A stretch of DNA of 64,000 bases. It comes from Halarcobacter sp. GTDB taxonomy: Bacteria > Campylobacterota > Campylobacteria > Campylobacterales > Arcobacteraceae. Below the pieces are notes generated by a model, which searched no databases, was not told the DNA's origin, and saw only the letters and a list, made by a program, of their open reading frames with translations. The translations under genes were made by a program, and so were the position numbers. The DNA is taken from assembly GCA_963676565.1 (NCBI GenBank), contig OY781089.1, positions 1,344,001-1,408,000 of the forward strand, in the 5' to 3' direction. How positions within the stretch are numbered: the first letter of the stretch is position 1; every line of letters starts with the position of its first letter. Shown here one piece after another: positions 19,894 through 28,907 of this stretch.

Positions 19894-20871
19894 ATGAATA
19901 GAATTTATGACATAGCTGTGATTGGTGCGGGACCTGCAGGAATTGCAACTTCATGTGAAGCAGTAATTTTTGGTTTGAAAAATATTTTAGTTTTAGAGAA
20001 AAGTGATAACCACTCAGATACTATTAGAAAATATTTTAATGATAATAAACCAGTTGATAAAGACTGGAAAGGGATTCAAGTAGACCTTAAGGGTCATATT
20101 GACTTTGAAGATGGAACTAAAGAGAGTACTTTAGATCTTTTTGATGATGCTTTAGAAAAAAATCTTATAAATGCACGATTTAATACTGAAGTTTCAAAGG
20201 TTAAAAAATATGGTAACTTGTATAAAGTTATTACTACAAACAAAGAGATGTATTTAGCAAAAAATATTGTTGTTTCAATTGGTAAGATGGCAAAACCTAA
20301 TAAACCAAGTTACAAAATACCATCAACTCTTAGAAAAAAAGCAAATCATACAATTGCAGATTGTAAAGGAAATGAAGAAGTTTTAGTTGTTGGTGGTGGA
20401 GATAGTGCCTGTGAATATGCATATTTTATTCATCAAGATAATATGGTTACATTTAATTACAGAAAAGAAAAGATAACTAAAGCAAATCCAAAAAACGTAA
20501 AAAATTTAATGAATTGTGCACAAGATGGTGAGATTAATCTGATGTTAGGAGTTGATATTGAAAAAGTTGAAGATGAAAATGGACAGTTCAAAGTGTTTTA
20601 TACAAATGGAGAGATTAAAAAATATGATAGGATAATTTATGCTTTAGGTGGAATGACACCAAAAGAGTTCTTGAAAAATTGTTGTGTCCTTTTAGATGAA
20701 CACGATAAACCAATTGTAGATGAACATAATTTAAACTCAGAAGGTATCTATTTAGCAGGTGACATTGCTGGGGATATTGGTGGCTCTATTGCTCTAGCAT
20801 TAAATCATGGATACAATATTATTAAAGATTGTGTTTATGAAGATGAAATACACCATGCAATAAGTGCATAA
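19894..20871 (+). CDS. fqrB: NAD(P)/FAD oxidoreductase, FqrB/TrxB-like (flavodoxin reductase type)
   Basis: GAGPAG, DKDWKG..LKGHI, GKMAKPNKP, GGGDSA, GSIALALNHG; no catalytic CxxC; matches recalled Helicobacter FqrB. Confidence 0.75.
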   Translation: MNRIYDIAVIGAGPAGIATSCEAVIFGLKNILVLEKSDNHSDTIRKYFNDNKPVDKDWKGIQVDLKGHIDFEDGTKESTLDLFDDALEKNLINARFNTEVSKVKKYGNLYKVITTNKEMYLAKNIVVSIGKMAKPNKPSYKIPSTLRKKANHTIADCKGNEEVLVVGGGDSACEYAYFIHQDNMVTFNYRKEKITKANPKNVKNLMNCAQDGEINLMLGVDIEKVEDENGQFKVFYTNGEIKKYDRIIYALGGMTPKEFLKNCCVLLDEHDKPIVDEHNLNSEGIYLAGDIAGDIGGSIALALNHGYNIIKDCVYEDEIHHAISA

Positions 20872-20876
20872 ACTTC

Positions 20877-20897
20877 ACTATCCTTTAAGGATAGTGT
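20877..20897. terminator. Hairpin between convergent genes
   Basis: CACTATCCT-TTA-AGGATAGTG. Confidence 0.7.
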
Positions 20898-21782
20898 TTA
20901 TTGGAAGAAGTTTTTAAGCTCTTCGATAACTTCTTTTGGTTTTTCCTCAGGTAAAAAATGTCCACAGGGAAGTGTCTTACCCCGTACATTATTTGCATAA
21001 TCTTGCCAAACTTTTATAACATCATAGGTTTTATTTACAAAACCTTTTTCTCCCCATAAAACCAATAATGGAGTATTTAATTTCCTATTTCTTGTCTTTT
21101 CATCATCTATCATATCAATTGTTGCACCTGCTCTATAGTCTTCACAACTTCCATGAATTGAAGCTTCATCATAACATTTTATATATTCTTCTACTGCTTT
21201 TTTATCGAATTTATCTTTAAAAGGAGTATCTTTATCACTCCACCTTTTAAGTTTCTCTTTTAAATAATAAGCTGGGTCATCTCCTATCATCTTTTCAGGC
21301 AAGCCATCTGGCTGAATAAGAAAAAACCAGTGGTAATATCCAGTTGCAAAAGATTGATTAGTATTTTTAAACATATGATATGTGGGAGTTATATCCATTA
21401 TACAAGCTTTCAAAATTTTATCTTCATAATCTAAACACATTCTATGGGCAACTCTAGCACCTCTATCATGACCTGCTATATAAAACTTTTTGAAACCTAA
21501 ATGATTCATTAACTCAATCATATCTTTTGCCATGACTTTTTTAGAGTAATTTGAATGGTCATCTAAGCCCTTTGGTTTAGAACTTTTTCCATAACCTCTT
21601 AAATCGGGACAAATTACATAAAAATATTTTGAAAGTTCATTTGCAACTTTATGCCACATAACATGGGTTTGAGGGTATCCATGAATTAGAAGTAAAGGTT
21701 GACCAAAGCCCCCATGTCTAAAGTTAATTTCTATTTTATTGGATTTGATTTTTTCTTCTTTAAAAGTTTGATTAAAAAGCAT
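20898..21782 (-). CDS. Alpha/beta hydrolase, fluoroacetate/haloacetate dehalogenase-like
   Basis: HGYPQT, GHDRGARVAHR, MDITPT, YYHWFF, CEDYRAGA, CGHFLPEE. Confidence 0.88.
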   Translation of the reverse strand: MLFNQTFKEEKIKSNKIEINFRHGGFGQPLLLIHGYPQTHVMWHKVANELSKYFYVICPDLRGYGKSSKPKGLDDHSNYSKKVMAKDMIELMNHLGFKKFYIAGHDRGARVAHRMCLDYEDKILKACIMDITPTYHMFKNTNQSFATGYYHWFFLIQPDGLPEKMIGDDPAYYLKEKLKRWSDKDTPFKDKFDKKAVEEYIKCYDEASIHGSCEDYRAGATIDMIDDEKTRNRKLNTPLLVLWGEKGFVNKTYDVIKVWQDYANNVRGKTLPCGHFLPEEKPKEVIEELKNFFQ

Positions 21783-21852
21783 AAAAATCCTTTTTGGAAA
21801 ATTTTACTTAAAAATCATAAAAAGTACAAAACTATGGATTGAATTCTGTGTT

Positions 21853-22506
21853 TTATTTAGTTCTATTAACTTTTCGTTCTAAATGTTTAGCGAAAATTGC
21901 TATTGTGTATGTCATTATAAAATAAAAAACTCCAAGTGTTAAATATATTTCAAAAGGTTCATAAGTTCGTACATATATAAGTTGACCTGCCCTTGTTAAT
22001 TCAGTTATTGAAAGAACTGAAACTAGTGAACTATCTTTTAAAATAGATGCATAGGTATTTGTAAGTGGAGGTAAGACTATTTTAAGTGCTTGCGGATAGA
22101 TTATATGTATAAACATCTGAATTTTACTAAGTCCTAAGGAATTTGAAGCCTCATATTGTCCTTTTGGTATTGCTTGAATTCCAGCTCTAACAATTTCAGC
22201 CATATATGCACCAAAATTTAAAGACAAACCTATAATAGCAGCTTGATGACTTGACATCGTAATACCAATTTGTGGTAGGCCATAATATATAAAAAATAGT
22301 TGAATAAGTAAAGGTGTTCCTCTAAAGATTTCAATATATGAGCTGATTAAAAACTTGATAAAATAGTTTGTCTTTAAGCTTCTTAGCGTACCCACAATTA
22401 CACCAATAAATAGTGCAATTACAAAAGATACAAAAGAGAGATAAATTGTAAGCCATGAGGCTTCTAAAAGAAACCCCAAGTTATCAAAAACAGCGTTAAA
22501 ATTCAC
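21853..22506 (-). CDS. Polar amino acid ABC transporter permease
   Basis: RGTPLLIQL, AEIVRAGIQAIPKGQYEA, LKDSSL; GTG start. Confidence 0.93.
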   Translation of the reverse strand: MNFNAVFDNLGFLLEASWLTIYLSFVSFVIALFIGVIVGTLRSLKTNYFIKFLISSYIEIFRGTPLLIQLFFIYYGLPQIGITMSSHQAAIIGLSLNFGAYMAEIVRAGIQAIPKGQYEASNSLGLSKIQMFIHIIYPQALKIVLPPLTNTYASILKDSSLVSVLSITELTRAGQLIYVRTYEPFEIYLTLGVFYFIMTYTIAIFAKHLERKVNRTK

Positions 22507-23232
22507 TTATTTTACTGCCAGCCATTTGTTAATTAATTTCTCGTAAGTACCGTTATCTTTTAAAGTTTTTAAAGCCTCATTAACTTGTTTTGTTAAATCA
22601 TCTTTTCCTTTTTTCATAACAACAACTAATTCTGCCGGTGCTAGTTTATCAACAATTTTATATTCACTATTAAAATCTTTTTGATTTAATGCATATGCAT
22701 ATCCAACTACAACAGCATCAATACGATTGTGTTTCAAATCTAAAAATGCTTCTGGATTATAGTTATATCTAGCTACTTTTCCAAGTCCAGTTAATTTATC
22801 AACAACTTGTTCACTTCCACTTCCAAGTTGAACACCAACAGTTTTACCAGCTAAATCTTTTTGTGAATTGATTTTATCATTATCTTTTTTTACTATTAAT
22901 ACATCATTTAGTAAGTAATAAGTATCTGATAAATTTACATTGTTTTCACCTGCTTCTTGTCTACTCATAGCACTTAATATAATGTCATAGTTGTCATTTT
23001 TAAGTCCACCAAGTAGAGCTTGCCACTCTGCATCTTTAATTTCAACTTTTTTACCAATGATTTTACCAATTTCATTTGCTAAATCGATATCAAAACCAAC
23101 AATATTTCCACTTTTTTCATCTCTTGATTCAAATGGTGGATACGCTGCACATAAACCAACTGTAATAACATCTTGTTGAGCATTTGCAAATATACCAAAT
23201 GTTAACAATAAGCCTGCAAAAAATTTTTTCAT
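22507..23232 (-). CDS. Polar amino acid ABC substrate-binding protein (SBP family 3)
   Basis: Signal peptide, YPPFE, GFDIDLA, GVQLGS. Confidence 0.93.
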   Translation of the reverse strand: MKKFFAGLLLTFGIFANAQQDVITVGLCAAYPPFESRDEKSGNIVGFDIDLANEIGKIIGKKVEIKDAEWQALLGGLKNDNYDIILSAMSRQEAGENNVNLSDTYYLLNDVLIVKKDNDKINSQKDLAGKTVGVQLGSGSEQVVDKLTGLGKVARYNYNPEAFLDLKHNRIDAVVVGYAYALNQKDFNSEYKIVDKLAPAELVVVMKKGKDDLTKQVNEALKTLKDNGTYEKLINKWLAVK

Positions 23233-23780
23233 AAAAGTTCCTTTTGTATAGCCTTAACTAAGGCTGTTGGATTTTCTTCATCTAAAGCAAAAAAAGATAA
23301 CTCTAAATTGTTCTTTTTAAGTAATTTAAAAAACACTTCCATAAAAACGCCTGCTTCATTCACTGTTTGTAAAGAGTTTAACTTTTTTTCTAAATCAAAA
23401 GATTTATCTATCTCACCTTTCCAATTAGCTCTGCAGGTTTTATTTATGCCACAATTTGGACTTCCATCTATACCAATGCAGCCTTTAATTTCATATCCAT
23501 TATTTTTATAATCAATTATCTGATTTATAATAGGAAGTAGCATTTTTTTGTATTGTTTTTTATATATTGCTGTATCGTATTGTTCTTTTACCATTCCCCA
23601 TCTATTAACCCCACAGGTTAGCATTTCTGGACATGGTAATTGCAAAATTCCGTAACCTTTATCACATAAAGAAGTAACAAGTTCAGATATACACCCGCTA
23701 TAATTAGCTAAGGAATAAACTTTTGCATTAGAATTAAGTATACAATGACTTAAAAGAATGATTTTTTTGCTTCGATTCAT
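23229..23780 (-). CDS. TudS-related (DUF523-like, CD3072-type) putative Fe-S desulfidase
   Basis: SHCILN, QLPCPEM...GVNRW, GIDGSPNCG, GVF; ATGA overlap with the SBP gene. Confidence 0.8.
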   Translation of the reverse strand: MNRSKKIILLSHCILNSNAKVYSLANYSGCISELVTSLCDKGYGILQLPCPEMLTCGVNRWGMVKEQYDTAIYKKQYKKMLLPIINQIIDYKNNGYEIKGCIGIDGSPNCGINKTCRANWKGEIDKSFDLEKKLNSLQTVNEAGVFMEVFFKLLKKNNLELSFFALDEENPTALVKAIQKELL

Positions 23781-23876
23781 GAAAACCTCAATTAAATATA
23801 AGTTTTCCTAAAAAGCAGTGTTGACAAGAAAAGCTATGTTGTCATTCCAAACCTTGGAACTTGCTTAATTTTAGAA
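23781..23876 (-). promoter_or_regulatory. Structured 5' leader, candidate riboswitch
   Basis: Stems UUCCAA/UUGGAA, UGACAA/UUGUCA and AAGCA/UGCUU, plus an SD-sequestering GAAAACUU/AGGUUUUC hairpin. Confidence 0.55.
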
Positions 23877-24020
23877 TATAGAATTTTAGTTAACAAAAAC
23901 TTAATACTAGTTAAATTAATGACTCATTAATATATTTTTTATATTAATATATTTTATCAAGTGGATATTAAATCCACTTTTAATAATCTTCCATAATTTT
24001 AAAAAATAAATGGGTAAAAG

Positions 24021-24689
24021 ATGCGACTTCTTGTTAAAAGTGTATTGATTTTAATGTTAATTTTCACATCGACTTTAATTTTAATAAAGTTTAGTGGAGT
24101 ATTGACTGTTTCTGATATAAAAGAGGTTTTTGAAGTTTTAAAATCTCAACCATCATATATTTTAGGCTTTTTGATTATATTTTTACTTTTAGTAGATTTA
24201 TTTATTGCAGTGCCTACAATGACAGTAATAATTCTTGCAGGGTATTTTTTAGGTTTTGAATTAGCATTTTTATACACCTTTTTGGGGCTTTTATTGGCTT
24301 CTTTTACTGGATATTTTTTGTCAAGAAAATATGGTTTAAAAATTTTAAATAGATTAACGTCAGACCAAGAACAAATTGAGCAAATGAAAGATTTATTTAA
24401 TAAACATGGAATCCTAGTACTAATTTTATCAAGAGCAGTACCTATGCTTCCGGAGATTTCAGCTTGTTTAGCAGGAACTTGCAGTATGTCAATAAAAAGA
24501 TTTTTCATTGCTTGGTCATTGGGAACAATACCATATTTATCTGTAATTGCATATGCAGGCTCAATAAGTGATTTAGAAAATCCTATGCCCGCAATTTACG
24601 GTGCCATTGGTATTACTATAAGCTTTTGGTTTTTGTGGATGATATTTTTAAAAGCAAACAAAATAAAATTAAAAAATCAAAAAAATTAA
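24021..24689 (+). CDS. TVP38/TMEM64 (VTT/DedA superfamily) membrane protein
   Basis: Multi-TM; AVP...AGYFLG, SRAVPMLPE. Confidence 0.85.
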   Translation: MRLLVKSVLILMLIFTSTLILIKFSGVLTVSDIKEVFEVLKSQPSYILGFLIIFLLLVDLFIAVPTMTVIILAGYFLGFELAFLYTFLGLLLASFTGYFLSRKYGLKILNRLTSDQEQIEQMKDLFNKHGILVLILSRAVPMLPEISACLAGTCSMSIKRFFIAWSLGTIPYLSVIAYAGSISDLENPMPAIYGAIGITISFWFLWMIFLKANKIKLKNQKN

Positions 24690-24763
24690 TTCTTTAAACA
24701 AACTTACTTAAAGCTTAATTAAAGCTATTTTAGATAAAATCACGACTCTATTTTAAATAGAAA

Positions 24764-24840
24764 GTCACATGTGTCAATCCTGGTATGGGTTGTGACAAGT
24801 AAATTGTACTTGCCATTAAGGGGCACAGAGGCTAAACCCA
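24764..24840 (+). ncRNA. rpsB leader (t44-like autoregulatory element)
   Basis: CACAUGUGUC...GGGGCACAGAGGCUAAACCC resembles recalled t44 (CACAC...GAGGCAUAACCC); follows -10 TAAAAT at 24735. Confidence 0.7.
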
Positions 24841-24956
24841 GATTAAGTTTACTTAAAAGAACAACACGTTGTTCTCTTTAGGTTTTTGGTTCTTTTTAGC
24901 AAAACTTGTTTTTGCGCTATAAAAAGAAGACATACAAATTAAAACAAGGAAAAACT

Positions 24957-25757
24957 ATGGTTACAATGAAAGACCTATTAGAGTGTGGTGTACACTTCGG
25001 ACACCAAACAAGAAGATGGAATCCAAAAATGAAAAAATACATTTTTGGTGTTAGAAAAAATATTTATATTATCGACTTACAAAAGACGTTAAGATATTTC
25101 AGATATACATATAATGTAGTTAGAGATGCAGCTGCTCAAGGTGAGACTATGATTTTTGTTGGTACAAAAAAACAAGCTTCTCAAGCAGTTAAAGATGCAG
25201 CAATCAAATGTGGAATGCCTTATGTAAACCACAGATGGTTAGGTGGAATGTTAACTAACTACGGAACAATTAAAAAATCAATTAGAAAATTAGAAGTTAT
25301 TAAAAAAATGAGAGAAGAAGGTCAATTAGATCTTTTAACTAAAAAAGAAGCTTTAATGCTTACTAGAAAAGAAGAAAAATTAGAATTATATCTTGGTGGA
25401 ATCAAAGAGATGAATAAATTACCAGATATGATGTTCGTTCTAGATGCAGTTAAAGAAAAAATTGCTATCCAAGAAGCAAGAAGATTAGGAATCAAAGTTG
25501 TAGCTCCTTTAGATACAAACTGTGATCCTGATGTAGTTGATTTACCAATTCCAGGAAATGACGATGCTATTAGATCAATTCAATTATTCTGTAACGAAAT
25601 GGCAGAAGCTATGTTAGAGGGTAGAGCTGCATTAGCTGAAGAAACTGGAGAAGAAGCACCAGTATCTGAAGAAGAGCAAGCAGAAGTAGTGGCAGAAGCA
25701 GTAGCTGAAGGTGAATCTGAAGCAGTAGAAACTGAAGAAACAACAGAGGAAGCATAA
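24957..25757 (+). CDS. rpsB: 30S ribosomal protein S2
   Basis: [35 protein letters not shown] 24957 after AAGGA. Confidence 0.98.
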   Translation: MVTMKDLLECGVHFGHQTRRWNPKMKKYIFGVRKNIYIIDLQKTLRYFRYTYNVVRDAAAQGETMIFVGTKKQASQAVKDAAIKCGMPYVNHRWLGGMLTNYGTIKKSIRKLEVIKKMREEGQLDLLTKKEALMLTRKEEKLELYLGGIKEMNKLPDMMFVLDAVKEKIAIQEARRLGIKVVAPLDTNCDPDVVDLPIPGNDDAIRSIQLFCNEMAEAMLEGRAALAEETGEEAPVSEEEQAEVVAEAVAEGESEAVETEETTEEA

Positions 25758-25759
25758 TT

Positions 25760-26803
25760 ATGGCAGGAGCAACTCCAAAATTAATTAAAGAGTTAAGAGA
25801 AAAATCTGGTGCAGGAATGCTTGATTGTAAAAAAGCATTAAATGAGTGTAATGGAGATTTAGAAGAAGCTCAAAAGTGGCTAAGAGAGCAAGGTCTTGCT
25901 AAAGCTGCTAAAAAATCTTCTAATGTAGCTGCTGAAGGTATTGTTACAATTTTAGTAAACGAAGACAATACTAAAGCAACTATGACTGAAGTTAACTCAC
26001 AAACTGACTTCGTTGCTAAAAACGAACAGTTCCTTAATTTAACAAAAGCAATTACTGAGCATGCTCAAGTAAATGCAATTGCAGATGCTGAATCTTTAGC
26101 GTCTTCAACTATTGATGGACAAGATTTTACAACATATTTAAATGAAAAAATTGCAGTTATTGGTGAAAATTTAGTAGCTAGAAAAGTTGTAAATGTTGAA
26201 GGTACTGTTGTTAATGGTTATGTTCACATGGGTAAAGTTGGAGTTATTTTAGCTGCAAAATGTGATGATGCTGTAAAAGAAAAAGCTGCAGATTTATTAA
26301 AAAAAGTAGCTATGCATGCTGCTTCAATGAAACCAACTGTTATTTCTTACCAAGATTTAGCTGCTGATTTTATCGAATCTGAAAACAAAGCTATTATTGC
26401 TGATATTGAAAAAGAAAATGAAGAGTTAGTAAGACTTGGTAAACCTCTTAAAAATATCCCTCAGTTTGTTTCTAAACAACAATTAACTGATGATGCAATT
26501 GCAGCTGCTGAAGCTGAAATGAAAGAGCAATTATTAGCTGAAGGTAAACCAGAAAAAATTATCGGAAACATTGTTAAAGGTAAAATTGCTAGATGGATTG
26601 AGGATAACTCTCAATTAGATAAAGCTCATGCTTTATTATCTCAAACTTACGTTATGGATGACTCAATGACTGTTGAAGAAGCTATTAAAGCTTGTGATGC
26701 ATCAATTGAGTTAGTTGAATATATAAGATTCGAACTTGGTGAAGGTATCGAGAAAAAAGAAGAAGATTTCGCTGCAGAAGTTGCTGCACAAATGGGTAAT
26801 TAA
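25760..26803 (+). CDS. tsf: Elongation factor Ts
   Basis: LREKSGAGMLDCKKAL, EVNSQTDFVAKN. Confidence 0.98.
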   Translation: MAGATPKLIKELREKSGAGMLDCKKALNECNGDLEEAQKWLREQGLAKAAKKSSNVAAEGIVTILVNEDNTKATMTEVNSQTDFVAKNEQFLNLTKAITEHAQVNAIADAESLASSTIDGQDFTTYLNEKIAVIGENLVARKVVNVEGTVVNGYVHMGKVGVILAAKCDDAVKEKAADLLKKVAMHAASMKPTVISYQDLAADFIESENKAIIADIEKENEELVRLGKPLKNIPQFVSKQQLTDDAIAAAEAEMKEQLLAEGKPEKIIGNIVKGKIARWIEDNSQLDKAHALLSQTYVMDDSMTVEEAIKACDASIELVEYIRFELGEGIEKKEEDFAAEVAAQMGN

Positions 26804-26820
26804 AAAAGAAATCTAAAAAA

Positions 26821-27519
26821 GTGGAAGTAATGGGTGAAAATCAAAAAACAATCGAACCCATTACTCCAGCACAAAAAATACTCTTAGAAGCTAAAAACTT
26901 AACTCACGAATTTGATTATAAACTTTTTGAAAACATAACTTTAATACTTGAACAAAAACAAACTATTGCTATTATTGGAAAAAGTGGAAGTGGAAAATCA
27001 ACTTTATTAAATATTTTATCCTCTTTATTAGAACCAAAATTTGGTGAAGTTAATTTTAATAATCAAAATATATATAAACTAAATAAAAATACTCTCTTAA
27101 AGATTAGGAGAGATGATTTTGGTATAATATTTCAAGCGCATTATTTATTTCGTGGTTTTTCTGCAAATGATAATTTAAAAATTGCAACACTTTTGAGTGA
27201 AAATGAGATTGATGAAGAGCTATTAAAAAAGCTGGAAATTGATTTTGTAATTAATCAAGGAGTTGGGGAATTAAGTGGGGGACAACAACAAAGATTGTCT
27301 ATTGCTAGGGTTTTAACAAAAAAACCAAAAATTATATTTGCAGATGAACCCACAGGAAATCTAGATAAAACTACAGCTCAGATAGTAATGGATAGATTAC
27401 AAGAATATGTTAAAGAAAACAATTCTGGGATGATACTTGTTACCCATGAAGATGATTTGGCTATGCAGTGCGATAAAGTTTATAAGTTAGAGAATTTAGA
27501 ATTAAAAGAGTTAAAATAG
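26821..27519 (+). CDS. ABC transporter ATP-binding protein (orphan)
   Basis: GKSGSGKS, LSGGQQQR, ADEPTGNLD; start may be ATG 26830. Confidence 0.9.
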   Translation: MEVMGENQKTIEPITPAQKILLEAKNLTHEFDYKLFENITLILEQKQTIAIIGKSGSGKSTLLNILSSLLEPKFGEVNFNNQNIYKLNKNTLLKIRRDDFGIIFQAHYLFRGFSANDNLKIATLLSENEIDEELLKKLEIDFVINQGVGELSGGQQQRLSIARVLTKKPKIIFADEPTGNLDKTTAQIVMDRLQEYVKENNSGMILVTHEDDLAMQCDKVYKLENLELKELK

Positions 27520-28293
27520 ATGAATTTAATATTAGTAACGAAAACTCCTATTATAGAAAAAATATTTACTTTAGTTTGTAAAAAACTAAATATAGTTTTA
27601 AGTGTGCAAGACTCATCAAAGATAAATGAAAAAGTAGATTTTATTATTATTGATGAAGCGTTTGTCGATGATGACTTCAATAGACTAAAAGCAAATACAA
27701 AAAAATTAGCTGCAATTGTAAGTGAAGAATTGCCATTTGATAAATCAAGAGATTTTATTATTCAAAGACCTTTTTTACCAAATCATTTAGAAAGTTTATT
27801 AAAAGAACAAGTAGAGTTTATAAAAGAGGATTTAAAAGAAGAAAACAAACCTAAAAAGTTTGAATTTGATGAGGAAGAAGTTATTTCAAGTTATGTGGAA
27901 TCATTAGCAGATGATATTGCTGATACTATAGAAGAAGATAATGATGAATCAATAGTTACAATTGCTTCATTAAACAGTGGTGGTGTATTGGATAATCAAG
28001 AGTTACATAAAATTACAGATTTATTAGAAGAAAAAGAATTAGATTTTTCTGATGTAGTTTCTCAAAATGATTGGAAAGATATAAATCAAATAATAGATGA
28101 TGCTTTAAATGAAGTTGAAGAGTATGAGTTTAATCTTCAAGAAAATAAAGAGCAACCAATTAAATTAATATTAAATAATTACAATATCTCAGAATTAAAA
28201 CCTTTTTTACAAAAGTTTGATCAGGCAGTAATTGATAGACTTTCAAATGGTGAAGATGTAGATGTTACTTTATGTTTAAGGGTGAATAAATAA
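27520..28293 (+). CDS. Acidic hypothetical protein with a receiver-like N-terminus
   Basis: MNLILV...DFIIIDE...IQRPFLP pattern, D/E-rich middle, GGVLD motif. Confidence 0.7.
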   Translation: MNLILVTKTPIIEKIFTLVCKKLNIVLSVQDSSKINEKVDFIIIDEAFVDDDFNRLKANTKKLAAIVSEELPFDKSRDFIIQRPFLPNHLESLLKEQVEFIKEDLKEENKPKKFEFDEEEVISSYVESLADDIADTIEEDNDESIVTIASLNSGGVLDNQELHKITDLLEEKELDFSDVVSQNDWKDINQIIDDALNEVEEYEFNLQENKEQPIKLILNNYNISELKPFLQKFDQAVIDRLSNGEDVDVTLCLRVNK

Positions 28294-28907
28294 TGGAAAA
28301 TAAAGGTGCTATTTTAATTCTTTCAGGTCCTAGTGGATGTGGAAAGTCAACACTTTTAAAAAATGTTTATAAAGAGATTGATGAGTATTATTTTTCAATT
28401 TCAACTACTACAAGAGAACCAAGACCTGGTGAAAAACATGGAGTAGATTATCTTTTTACAACAAGAGAAGAGTTTCAAGAAGATATAAAAACTGGAAACT
28501 TTTTAGAGTGGGCAGAGGTTCATGGAAACTATTATGGAACATCACTTAAACCTATCAAAAAAGCTCTAAGCGAGGGCAAAATTGTAATCTTTGATATTGA
28601 TGTCCAAGGTCATGATATAGTAAGAAAAAAAATGGATAAGGTTGTAACTTCTGTATTTATAACAACTCCAAGTTTAAAAGATTTAGAAGATAGATTAAAA
28701 AATAGAGCTACAGATTCTCAAGAAGTTATCGATAGAAGAATTCAAAATGCAAAAAGTGAGATTAGATTCTTCCAAAAATATGATTATTTTATAATAAATG
28801 ATGATTTAGAAAAAGCAAGCAAACAGCTTATTTCAATTGCAAATATTGCTAGAGTAAAATCGAAACTTTTTGATAAAGATGAAACATTAAATAACTGGCT
28901 TAATTAG
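28293..28907 (+). CDS. gmk: Guanylate kinase
   Basis: GPSGCGKS, STTTREPRPGE, NYYGT, DIDVQG. Confidence 0.97.
   Translation: MENKGAILILSGPSGCGKSTLLKNVYKEIDEYYFSISTTTREPRPGEKHGVDYLFTTREEFQEDIKTGNFLEWAEVHGNYYGTSLKPIKKALSEGKIVIFDIDVQGHDIVRKKMDKVVTSVFITTPSLKDLEDRLKNRATDSQEVIDRRIQNAKSEIRFFQKYDYFIINDDLEKASKQLISIANIARVKSKLFDKDETLNNWLN

Noticed and set aside
19894..20871. Canonical thioredoxin reductase
   Set aside because: No active-site CxxC; fits the FqrB type
21783..21852. Fluoride riboswitch before the dehalogenase-like gene
   Set aside because: Only 70 nt, no GAUG...CC/GCUGAUG consensus; looks like a plain -10 and RBS
24906..24956. N-terminal extension of RpsB in the ORF track
   Set aside because: The S2 N-terminus and AAGGA RBS point to ATG 24957
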